From: Azolla caroliniana
Taxonomy: Eukaryota > Plantae > Polypodiophyta
Length of the DNA: 64,000 nucleotides
Assembly (NCBI GenBank): GCA_043228905.1
Contig: JBHGNT010000002.1
Coordinates: forward strand, 19,406,001 to 19,470,000
Direction of reading: 5' to 3'
Part shown: positions 37,065 to 47,883 of the stretch, one piece after another
How the letters are laid out: the number at the start of each line of letters is the position of its first letter
How positions within the stretch are numbered: the first letter of the stretch is position 1
Notes under the pieces: generated by a model
Databases searched by the model: none
Told to the model about the DNA's origin: nothing
What the model saw: the letters and a program-made list of their open reading frames with translations, nothing else
Made by a program: the position numbers and the translations under genes

Positions 37065-40000
37065 CTAAACAGTATTTCGCTCCACTACGTCTGGGCCCCT
37101 TGACCGAGTAACTGGTCTTGTTCCCGATCGTGGCCCCTTCTTCAGCCTTTTTCTGGTTGGTTCCCCATTTAGCCTTGCTTCTAGGACCCAATGCGCAAGT
37201 GTGTCCTCCTCCGACAACCTTCCCATCGCCTCAACAGCTAATTGCACATCAGCCGTTTCTTGAACTAGCTTTTCAAGTACAGAGGGATCTGTTTGGACAT
37301 TTTCAGTAGTTGGGCTCGGTGGGGTGGAATCAAGGTCTTGAGACTCGAAGAAATGTTGCATCAAGTGTTCATAAACACTGTTGTTGTGAACCTCAGTTTT
37401 ACATGTTGTTTCCACTATTTCATGGCATTTCACATCGTTGCCTAATTCAGTACACTGTTCCAAAAGAATAGGGTGCAGCTGATCTGAAGGAGATGTGATA
37501 GCAGGACTCTTACTTTCAGCCACATTGGCAGTAGTATCCTCATCTGTTGCAGCATCATCAGCACCAGACACATCATGTGCCGTCCTTAATCCACAAGATT
37601 CTACAATAACATGACAGTTATTTAGGATAGCTAATTAGCTACTTTACTAAACTATGGTAGAAGCTAGGATAGCTAATTAGCTAGTACGATAGCTAATTAG
37701 CTAGTATGATAGCTAATTAGGTACTTTACTCAACTATGGTAGTAGTTAGGATAGCTAATTAGGTACTTTACTCAACTATGGTAGTAGTTAGGATAGCTTA
37801 TTAGCTACTAGGATAGCTAATTAGCTGCCCGTAGCTAATTAGCTACTAGGATAGCTAATTAGCTGCCAGTAGCTAATTAGCTACTAGGATAGCTTATTAG
37901 CTACTTTACACAACTATGGCAGTAGCTACTAGGATAGCTAATTCTCTAGGATAGCTAATTCGCTAGTAGGATAGCTAATTAGTTGCCAGCAGCTAATTAG
38001 CTAGTAGGATAGCTAATTAGTTGCCAGTAGCTAATTAGCTAGTAGGATAGCTAATTAGGTACTTTACTCAACTATGGTAGTAGCTAATTAGCTAGTAGGA
38101 TAGCTAATTAGGTACTTTACTCAACTATGGTAGTAGCTAATTAGCTAGTAGGATAGCTAATTAGGTACTTTACTCAACTATGGTAGTAGCTAATTAGCTA
38201 GTAGGATAGCTAATTAGCTACTAGGATAGCTAATTAGCTGCTAGTAGCTAATTAGCTACTAGGATAGCTTATTAGCTACTTTACACAACTATGGCAGTAG
38301 CTAATTAGTTACTAGGATAGCTAATTAGTTGCCAGTGGCTAATTAGCTAGTAGGATACCTAATTAGCTTTTTTACACAACTATAGTACTAGCTAATTAGC
38401 TAGTACCATAGCTAATTACCTACTAGGATAGCTAATTAGCTAGTAGGATAGCTTATTAGCTACTTTACACAACTATAGTAGTAGCTAGGATAGCTAATTA
38501 GCTACTATAAGCTACTTTACTCAACTATGGTAGTAGCTAGGATAGCTAATTAGCTACTTTACTAACTATGGTAGTAGCTAGGATAGCTAATTAGCTACTT
38601 TACTAACTATGGTGGTAGCTAGGATAGCTAATTAGCTACAATGAAAGCTAATTAGCTACTTTCTCAACTATGTAGTAGCTAGGATAGCTTATTAGCTACT
38701 AGGACAGCTAATTAGCTGCCAGTAGCTAATTAGCTACTAGGATAGCTTATTAGCTACTTTACACAACTATGTCAGTAGCTAATTAGCTACTATGATAGCT
38801 AATTAGCTAGTAGGATAGCTAATTAGCTAGTAGGATAGCTAATTAGTTGCCAGTAGCTAATTAGCTAGTAGGATAGCTAATTAGCTTTTTTACACAACTA
38901 TGGTACTAGCTAATTAGCTAGTACCATAGCTAACTAGCTACTAGGATAGCTTATTAGCTACTTTACACAACTATGTCAGTAGCTAATTAGCTACTATGAT
39001 AGCTAATTAGCTAGTAGGATAGCTAATTAGTTGCCAGTAGCTAATTAGCTAGTAGGATAGCTAATTAGTTGCCAGTAGCTAATTAGCTAGTAGGATAGCT
39101 AATTAGCTTTTTTACACAACTATGGTACTAGCTAATTAGCTAGTACCATAGCTAACTAGCTACTAGGATAGCTTATTAGCTACTTTACACAACTATGGCA
39201 GTAGCTAATTAGTTACTAGGATAGCTAATTAGTTGCCAGTGGCTAATTAGCTAGTAGGATAGCTATTTAGCTTTTTTACACAACTATGGTACTAGCTAAT
39301 TAGCTAGTACCATAGCTAATTAGCTACTAGGATAGCTAATTAGCTAGTAGCTCATTAGCTGCCAGTAGCTAATTAGCTAGTAGGATAGCTAATTAGAAAA
39401 GACTAAGCTTATTAGCTACAGTATGGTATACCTGTTTGTTTTCTCCACTCATTTGGTAGAGTTGTACTGCAATCTCCCAAACAGAATGCAGCAATTCGAC
39501 AGGCATGTTGAAAACAAAGCAGATCTATTTTACGCTGGGGATCCAGTGGCCCCTCTAATTCAAGCTCCTGTTGCGCAACCTATTCCAGATAATGCTTGAT
39601 TAGCACATTTTACCCGTTATTTATAACACAATCACATACCAACAAAACAATAGTTACCTGAATCTTATTTCTAATTGTTGTAACAGCAGAAGTAACTTTG
39701 CTCTCCATTGCAGAAGCCATTGTGGCTTTCTCTAAATCAGTCTTAAAAAATGCCAATGTCTCACAGGCTTCATGGACATTTTTTAGCATATAGCTAACCA
39801 ATGTCTCACCTGTATCATCGACATTGGCTTTCCTTGGGTGTCGGTGTGGTGTATGCCCCCGGTCTTGCTGGGAGTCGGCAGTTGCATCAACAGCTGCCAT
39901 GCTCCAAAATCTGTCTATTTTTTGTGCCAAGGTCCCCATCTTTCGGCATCTTTTTACCGATGCCTCACCATAGACTGCCCAAGCTACCCTATACATTTCA

Positions 40001-40331
40001 GGGTCTCTAGATTCCTTCGCTGTTTTGCAGTACTCATATGCAAATGCTCTAGCAAATGAAATTGACAACTCATTGTTGACTGGGATCTCCTGATGAACTT
40101 TCTGGTGCAGTCTCATGCAGTCATCGTACAAGTCGGCTCGTACATGCTTCAGCTTGACCTTGCCTTTGACTCTAGGCACTGTATATACTGTCATCCAGTC
40201 TATATCACTGATCAATTTATCACTTAGGACAGCAGGGTCAACACCCTCGAGTGACAGACCATAGGTGTTGTGGAAGTTCTCCTTTGTCTCGCAAAATTTT
40301 GCGAAGTTTAGTATACGGAGGAACGAGCCAT
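37065..40331 (-). CDS. Transposon accessory protein of unknown function; exons about 40331-39658, 39579-39432 and 37600-37065; start unresolved
   Basis: GT-AG introns 39657-39580 (phase 0) and 39431-37601 (phase 1) join three open frames without stops: ..RNKIQ|VAQQELE..WRKQT|ESCGLRTAHDVSGA.. The C-terminus has a basic NLS-like PTRKRLKK. Confidence 0.7.
37625..39420. repeat. Second intronic array of TAGCTAATTAGCTA units with a higher-order spacer (ctttacacaactatgg)
   Basis: Fills the 1.83-kb intron 37601-39431 of the accessory gene. Confidence 0.95.
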
Positions 40332-40429
40332 CTGAAATATCATTTCAGAAATTAGAAATAGTGCAAAATCAGAATATGTGAGAATCAAAAACCCCAATCA
40401 ACAACAACAAAAATGGTGCAAAATCTTTA

Positions 40430-40850
40430 ACTTAGCAAATCAGAAACCCTAATCATAATTTGTATTCAGAAATTTGAAATCAGAAACCCTAATCAAAATC
40501 TGTAATCAGAAGTTTGAAATCAGAAACCCTAATCAAAATCTGTAATCAGAAGTTTGTAACCAGAAACCTTATTCAGAAATTCTAATCAGAAATTTATAAT
40601 CAAAAACCCTAATCAGAAATTTCAATCAGAAACCCTAATAAAAAATTTCAATCACAAACCCTAATCAGAAATCCTAAGCAGAAATTTATAAACAAAAACC
40701 CTATTTAGAAATTCTAATTTGTAATCAAAATTTGTAACCAGAAACCCTATTCAGAAATTCTAATCAGAAATTTATAATCAAAAACCCTAATCAGAAATTT
40801 CAATCACAAACCCTAATCAGAAATTTCAATCACAAACCCTAATCACTAAA
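40430..40850. repeat. Degenerate tandem repeat carrying AAACCCTA (telo-box-like) motifs
   Basis: Repeated aatcagaaaccctaatca units near the right end of the DNA transposon. Confidence 0.8.
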
Positions 40851-42540
40851 GACAGGATTAAACACAAAAAAAGTAATATAAACACACCTGTTGCTACTCC
40901 CCGATTTGCGAGACATCCTTGTATGGGACTCCAAGGACTTCACCCTATTCGATTTTGGGGAAATATGAATCGGCACCAAAGTTCAGACAGTAGTCAAAAA
41001 GAAAAAACAAATGTTTGGGGTTTCTGTAACTGAAACATACCTGGACGATGATCAAGCGGGTTCTGTGTTGTAGCTCTCAATCTGCAATGTCGATTTTTTG
41101 CTGTTGCGGGAGCTACGTCTGCGTTCGTGCTCTGAGTACTCCATCTGCGTTCAAAATCAGACTTAGGCTAAACAGGAAATTGATGACATTGAAGTCGACC
41201 TTAGATGATGGTGATATTCCCCAAGTTCCACTACGTCTGAAACAGAAGTTCAAATATTTGAGTTTTTTCATAAATTAGTTTTTCAAATATTTGATTTTCC
41301 CACAAGAAAGACTAGCTAAACAAATAGCTAATTAGTTATGGCCATTTTAGTAGCTAATTAGCTATAATAGTGTTTCCACTCGCATGCTTTTACCCGATTA
41401 CTTTGTCCGGTGTGAGGATAGCTTGATCCCTCACGGACAACCTTCCGAATCAACTTTCGAATGCCAAAAACACATCGAGGACCTCCAGCCCCTTATCCGA
41501 TGTTTCCACCCAATCTTCGAATCCCCTCCTCGTTGCCTTGGAGGAGTCCTCGATAGCAAAAGTAGTCTTCAACGCTTCTTCAAACGCCGCCCACGTCGGA
41601 TTTTATTGTCATATCCCATGGATACTCCCTTGAAGCCCATCAGTAGCCACCCGATTGAAGGATGTCACTTGCAATCCTTCCGATATTCCACACCGCAACA
41701 TCTCCGACTTGTAGTCTCGTAGATAACATGACACATCCTTCTTGTTAAATTTCCCGTTCCGTTGCACAAGCCGCTCTACTACCGCCGCAATCTCTGACAT
41801 CGCGCGTTGTTCTTGTAGCATCCTCTGGAACATTGTCATCATGTTGTTATCCTCTTGTTGATTCTCCATCTCCTTGCCATTCGTCTTCATGTCGGGTTCA
41901 CCAATTGTGTCGTGCCTTTTCGGCGCCGGATCGTTGCATGAATCGGGTGGGAACCGTTGGGGTTTTGGACTAGGAGGTTGGGTAATTTGAGGCAAATAAG
42001 AATGTGAATAGGTTGTAAGTAAGAGATATAAAAACCTCGTGAATCCCACGAGTATAGTGTATTAATCAATACTTAGATAAGAATTTGAATTTAGATTGAA
42101 AGAAAGAGATAAATAACTTGTGAATCCCACAAGTATAATTTATTAATCAACCCTTCTAAAAAAAATTAACCACCCTTACAATTTGCTCCCCCCATCATTA
42201 TATAGTGATGGGAGAGACTAAGTATATCCTACTACATGCAAGCATGATGCTTTTTCTCTAACTCGAGTGGTCATGCACACTAGATGTCCTAGCTTTTCCT
42301 ATCATACTTTTTCTTTTTTAACCCCAAGTGTTCATGCACACTCGATGTACATGAAGCACTTTCTATCATGCTTTTTCTTTTAACTCAAGTTTATGCATGA
42401 ATGACCTTTTTATCATGCTTATCTAGAATATTTATGTGAGATGGTAAGGCTTGAAATTGTTGACATGGAGGTACAGGTTTCAAATCTTGCCCTATGCATC
42501 TAACATGATTATTTTAGTAATTTCTTCTATTTCTTTATAC

Positions 42541-43019
42541 TTAGTCAATCGGGTACTCTACACATATTTTACGTAGTGTACAAAGCACACAACGACAAAG
42601 GTTTTTATAGTTGCTAGATATGTAAGTATTTATACAACATCATCATGCTAGGCTTGTTATGTGCCCATTGTTCTTTTTCCTTAAAGTAACCCTACTTTGT
42701 TTGTCAAGAAATAAAAGTAGAGAAAAATGAAAGGCAATTTTGAGTTTATGAAGACTAAGTAGACTTGTCATTACAGTGATTAGTCAATCGGGTACTCTAC
42801 ACATATTTTACGTAGTGTACAAACCACACAATGACAACGGTTTTTATAGTTGCTAGATATGTAAGTATTTATACAACCTCATCATGCTAGGCTTGTTATG
42901 TGCCCATTGTTCTTTTTCCTTAAAGTAACCCTACTTTGTTTGTCAAGAAATAAAAGTAGAGAAAAATGAAAGGCAATTTTGAGTTTATGAAGACTAAGTA
43001 GACTTGTCATTAGAGTGAT
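42541..43019. repeat. Tandem duplication of about 240 bp spanning the Gypsy LTR end and flanking DNA
   Basis: tagtcaatcgggtactctacacatattttacgtagtgtac.. at 42542 and 42781, both followed by the same flank. Confidence 0.9.
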
Positions 43020-44103
43020 GGAGTTACACATGTGAGTGAACTCTAGAGAGAGAGAGAGAGAGAGAATTTGATTAACTATGATCAAATTAAGTGGGTAGAA
43101 TTGAAATGTCCAATAGATACAAATCTAGACTTCTATAGAACGAAAGAGGAATTCCAAGCCACAATGCCACACCATGTGATCAAAATACAATGATCACAAA
43201 CTCATAAATTTGATAGAATTGATGTTGTCTTTTGTGTGGCCAAGTGATGACATTAGAAGAGAAAGTAAGTTCTCCAAGAACATTCTTTTGCTTGGAGATT
43301 TGCAATTTCTACAAAAATGCTCGAGCTCCATGGAATGATGACATAATACACTGCCACACTATTGTTTCTTCGCAATAACACAAATTCATCATAACAGATG
43401 CATATTATGTAGCCATGGTGTTGTGTTTTCCTAGTGATTAGTTATAGAAAAGTTAGATTAACCTAGACTAATACAAACGATGAAAGATAATGATATCCCA
43501 CTTCATCACATCCATTGGCTTACTGCAGCCTTACAAACCCTGATCCTTTTTTAAATCACTATAACCCACAACACACCCCTTATAGTATCCTACTGATTAC
43601 AATAATAAAATTTTCTGAATTAGATAATAAGCAAAGAAGATAATAGCTTCACAAGGTTTTCCTTTCTGTAAAGACCAGATGGAAGGGCCCATTCACATGG
43701 ATTGTTTGGGCAAGGACCATGAAATAGGCATCCTGCCTCACATCAAAATTAATTTAGAATAATTATTTTGAACGAATAAAGAACGATAAAAATCCGAAGG
43801 AATCAACAAAACATGTACATGAACACCTGGGTTGGATCAAAGTTAATTTAGAATCATGATTTTCACTGCATAAAGAACGATAAATATTCCAAGAAATTTT
43901 TGCAAAACATGTAACATTCAACATTGAGACACTCAATGGTAGTAACCTAAAAATCTATGCAAGTGTTAATGAAGCATAGACAATCAACAAAGAATGTTGT
44001 TAAGTGCTTATCAAACAAAGATGTAAAATTATTGACGACTTGGATATCCGTAATAATGTTTTCCAAATTACTCAAAATTGCTTTAATGATTTGCTAAAAT
44101 AAC

Positions 44104-46304
44104 TCAGTAGGTAAGTTGCCTAAGAAACACAGAGGCTGTTGCAATAGCTCCTCCGGTGATGGCTCCCTCAACCAATTTGTCGCTGTTAAAACCCTTGTCT
44201 CCAGAAGTGCATGTAAGCAATGCTCCTGTAATCATACCTCCCACCAGAGCATTTTTCTGTCCCCAAACAAATAATAATGTCAAAAACATTGACCCTCGTA
44301 TAGGTGTGTGCGTTTGGTAGGAGCAAGGTCATTTGGGAAATAGATAAAGACTCGGGTATTTTGGGCCTTCTCCTTTTTCCTTTCTCATAAAAAAACAAAA
44401 CAAAAACACCAGAGAGGTGGTGGTGGTGGTGGTGGTAAAGAGATATAAAGGCATAAAAGTAGAGATACCCAGTCAGACCGTCTTCTGATCCTCGCCATGC
44501 CATAATTCACTCCAGTATAAATACCAGCAGTAGCACCTGAGAAATCCTTCATGAAATTAGGTTCTATTTCAAAAACAAATCTTCAATGCTTTGGCTTCTT
44601 TTGATGAAAACATTTTAAGCTACATAACGTAAGTACTAAAACAGTTCCAACATACCCCACTGTAACCCCTCCTTTCCTACCTTCTTCATCTGCGACAATA
44701 ATAAAAACAATTCATCAAATTCGTAAAGCATCCGTTTTTTGAAGATATGAATTAAACACTTGACTTCTCATTGAATAACAAGATGTGTATACTCCTATGG
44801 TCTCCAAACATCGTATCAAATGGTTCACATGAAATTAACCACAGAATATATGAGGTTTTACCATTAGAACAAGCACTTATCACGAGACACTGATTGTTTA
44901 CAAAAAGCAATGATAGCATACTAGAAAGTAAACATGACAAGCACAACCACACACTATACATGACCAAATTATAACATGTTTCCCTATATGATATCATGTT
45001 AAGGTTATGCATGACAATGCAATCTTTCCTCTTAAGCATGTCATATATCCATGACATGAATAGAGCGTTGTTTGTAATGCACATGAGGTAGGGTATTAAT
45101 AGTTAGTTATAGATGGACCTAGTGGCATCAATGAATTCGAACTTCTTCACCATCATCACTCATTTGGGAAATATTCAATATGAAGTAAGTTTAATGTTCT
45201 CCATGAAACATTCTGGCACCACTTGCGTTTAGTTTCTGGCTGTTTTGAAGGAGCTTACCATGTTCTCAAGGTCCTGCTTTGACACGCTTTCTGTTGAAAG
45301 CAAAAGTAGTAGAGCATTATTATCAGAGTGCTGGGGAAATTACAAAACTACTTAATTTAAGTGAGAAATTTCACAAAACAGTTCCAGACCTTTCTTTAGA
45401 TTTACGAAAATGCTTTGCGCTGCTGCCTGGGCCGCACCAACCTGCAATTGTGAGAGAAGCCAAGAATAGTTGAGAACGCATACATGCCTCATAACAAATC
45501 AATGCCTTGTGTTCAAGCATATATTAAGAAAATGACCTCACTTATTTATCTTTGACAATACAGATTTTTTTTAAAACATAAAAAAAATTTAGACATGTCA
45601 TTTACTTCTGCTGCATACAGATTCCTGGGATAGGAAACCCAGAAAGGATGGCCATCCAAGCAAGGATAGTAGGGAAAGAATTCTATTTGTGTGTCCACAG
45701 CATACAACCGCAACTAAAGCGAAAAGCAGCAGACAAGGAACAAAGCGGGCTGACCCTACTGCGGGAAGTGAAGAGATTTGGTCCTTGTAAACATCTACTA
45801 AGAAAAAATATATGGCCAAATGTCTCCATGCTTCAATATAGCTATATGTGCATACCACATCAATGTATCTAATATTCATGATAGAATATTATAGCTATAA
45901 TCACATCAAACGTAGGCTTTTGATATAGGACCTTCATATATTGTCTATACAGCATCAAAAAACTTTGTCATCATATCTTCGTTTTTCCTTTCTTTGTTTT
46001 CGGCCAAAGAAATGGAAGTATTAAGAGCCACACAATCATACCAATACCTTTATATGCATCAAAATAAACCAAAACAAAACAAAAAACAACGAATCCTTCC
46101 ATGACTTTCAGAAATCTACTGATTTCTACAGCAAAAAAATGCAAGGAAGAAACAAAGAGGGAAAAAAAAAAAACAGAAATATTTGCTTACTGATCCAATC
46201 TTGATGAAACCATCCACAGCTCTGTTGAGAAGAGGGTTCCCAAGATCGATAAGGATATTGACAGATGGAGACCTAATAGAGGCAGAGACTCTTCTTCGAG
46301 ACAT
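44104..46304 (-). CDS. OEP16: Chloroplast outer envelope pore protein 16 (Tim17/22/23 PRAT family); 6 exons: 46304-46191, 45441-45390, 45290-45259, 44689-44656, 44536-44469, 44256-44104; 150 aa
   Basis: All introns are GT-AG and phase-consistent. Protein has IDLGNPLLNRAVDGFIKIG, KEGLQWG..AGIYTG..YGM.RIR..DWKNALVGG.ITGAL and AITGGAIATA..FL, typical of OEP16. Confidence 0.9.
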
Positions 46305-46769
46305 TCTCTTTCAAGAAGAAAAACCCTGCATTCAAAACAACAACATGTTAAGTAGGCAGGCAGGCAGGCACACACAAGATATTAAAAGCTTCTTCTTTTT
46401 TAAGTAAATCGAGCGGATATGGAGAACTTGGGAGGGTGAGCTTAACTGTGTATTGTCCTCCTTTCAAGGGCACCCAGAAAACAGGGGAGGCATAACAAGA
46501 GAAGAGAGATGAAAGATGAACGAACAAAATCGATGCAAAAGGCTTATGGACACGTGTCACAAAAGATAAGGTGCTTCTCGCTCGAGATTCCGCCTACATT
46601 TTATCTATCGTCGGATCGGATCAGCAGAAAAGAGATTCCAAACCGACGGTTGACGAGCTCCGCGAATCCATCCCCGAAGGACATCTCAATTTGTATGATC
46701 AACGGTACCTATTAGCTTCTATGTGATCGAGGAGGACGCATCAACGACAGATACCTAAAGTAAGCGCAC

Positions 46770-47465
46770 ACAATGGCGGAAAACAAAGAGCAGTATCTAT
46801 TGATGGCCGACTATAGAATCATGACCCAATACAATGGGCTTCATACAATGGGAGCTCTAGTTCATGCGCTATTGAGTGAGCACATGCATATGGAACTACA
46901 ATGGTGGAAAACAAAGAGCAATGTGTTTGATGATGGCCGACTGTAGAGCCACTCGTACCCACTGAGTTCCATATGTATGTGCTCACTCAATAGCGCATGA
47001 ACTAGAGCTCCCACTGTATGAAGCCCATTGTATTAGATCATGGCTCTACAGTCGGCCATCATCAAACACGTACCCACTGAGTTCCATATGTATGTGCTCA
47101 CTCAATATTGCATGAACTAGAGCTCCCACTGTATGAAGCCCATTGTATTAGATCATGGCTCTACAATCGGCCATCATCAAACACATTGCTCTTTGTTTTC
47201 CACCATTTTAGTTCCATATGCATGTGCTCACTCAATAGCGCATGATCTAATACAATGGGCTTCATACAATGGGAGCTCTAGTTCATGCACTATTGAGTGA
47301 GCACATGCATATGGAACTACAATGGTGGAAAACAAAGAGAAATGTGTTTGATGATGGCCGACTATAGAGCCATGATCTAATACAATGGGCTTCATACAGT
47401 GGGAGCTCTAGTTCATGCGCTATTGAGTGAGCACATACATATGGAACTCAGTGGGTACGAGTGAG
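46770..47465. repeat. Repeat units of about 130 bp in mixed direct and inverted orientation (long hairpin)
   Basis: 46951-47069 is the near-perfect reverse complement of about 47344-47462. Further inverted copies lie at 47070-47245. Diverged units continue at 47620-47880 and 53000-53320. Confidence 0.88.
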
Positions 47466-47883
47466 AACTAACCCTAAAATGTGTACTTAGGTTCGTTTTG
47501 TTTAGAGTATGTGAAGTGAGAGCTAACCCTAAATTACACCCTAAGGTTCATTCTAAGGTTTGCCTACAACTCTACAAAAATGATTGGAAATATTTATAGA
47601 TACCTCAAACATAGTTTTCACACAATGGAGAAAGCAAAGAACAATGTATATTGGCAAGAGAGTGATGACGCATGTTTACTATGATACAATGGGAACCCTA
47701 AATTCTAAATGAGTACCTTAAACAATACAACATGTTGATAGATACCTTAAGCATAACACACAATGGGAAAAGCAAAGAACAATGTATTTTAGCCATTGGG
47801 TGTTGAAACACAATTACAATATTGGGTTTGATACATTGGAAGCTCTAGTTCATGTGCTTCCAATGAGAAGATACGTACATATA

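Larger units (their letters stand above)
29747..41395 (+). mobile_element. Class II TIR DNA transposon, Sola2-like, 11,649 bp, apparently complete
   Basis: 25-bp TIRs gggtgaaagcatgcgagtggaaaca (29747-29771) and tgtttccactcgcatgcttttaccc (41371-41395), 1 mismatch. 4-bp TSD GATT at 29743-29746 and 41396-41399. Removing the element restores the host gag frame. Encodes a transposase with Sola2-type motifs. Confidence 0.88.
11849..42597 (-). mobile_element. Decayed Ty3/Gypsy element (tRNA-Trp primed, non-chromovirus) hosting the whole nest
   Basis: 3' LTR at 11849-12204 with PPT 12205-12216. 5' LTR at 41908-42597 carrying an insert of about 335 bp. PBS at 41888-41903. Gag at 41400-41890 continues at 17086 after the inserts are removed (..TPDKVIMFLRAVDVRDQKD..). 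TSD ACGG at 11845-11848 and 42837-42840 (duplicated flank). Confidence 0.9.

Noticed and set aside
40430-40850. Interstitial telomere
   Set aside because: AAACCCT motifs are isolated within longer units, not a contiguous (TTTAGGG)n tract.
40888-40916. ATG exon MSRKSGSSN as first exon of the accessory gene
   Set aside because: Its donor is phase 2 whereas the acceptor before 40331 needs phase 1; the join hits a stop, so the start remains unresolved.
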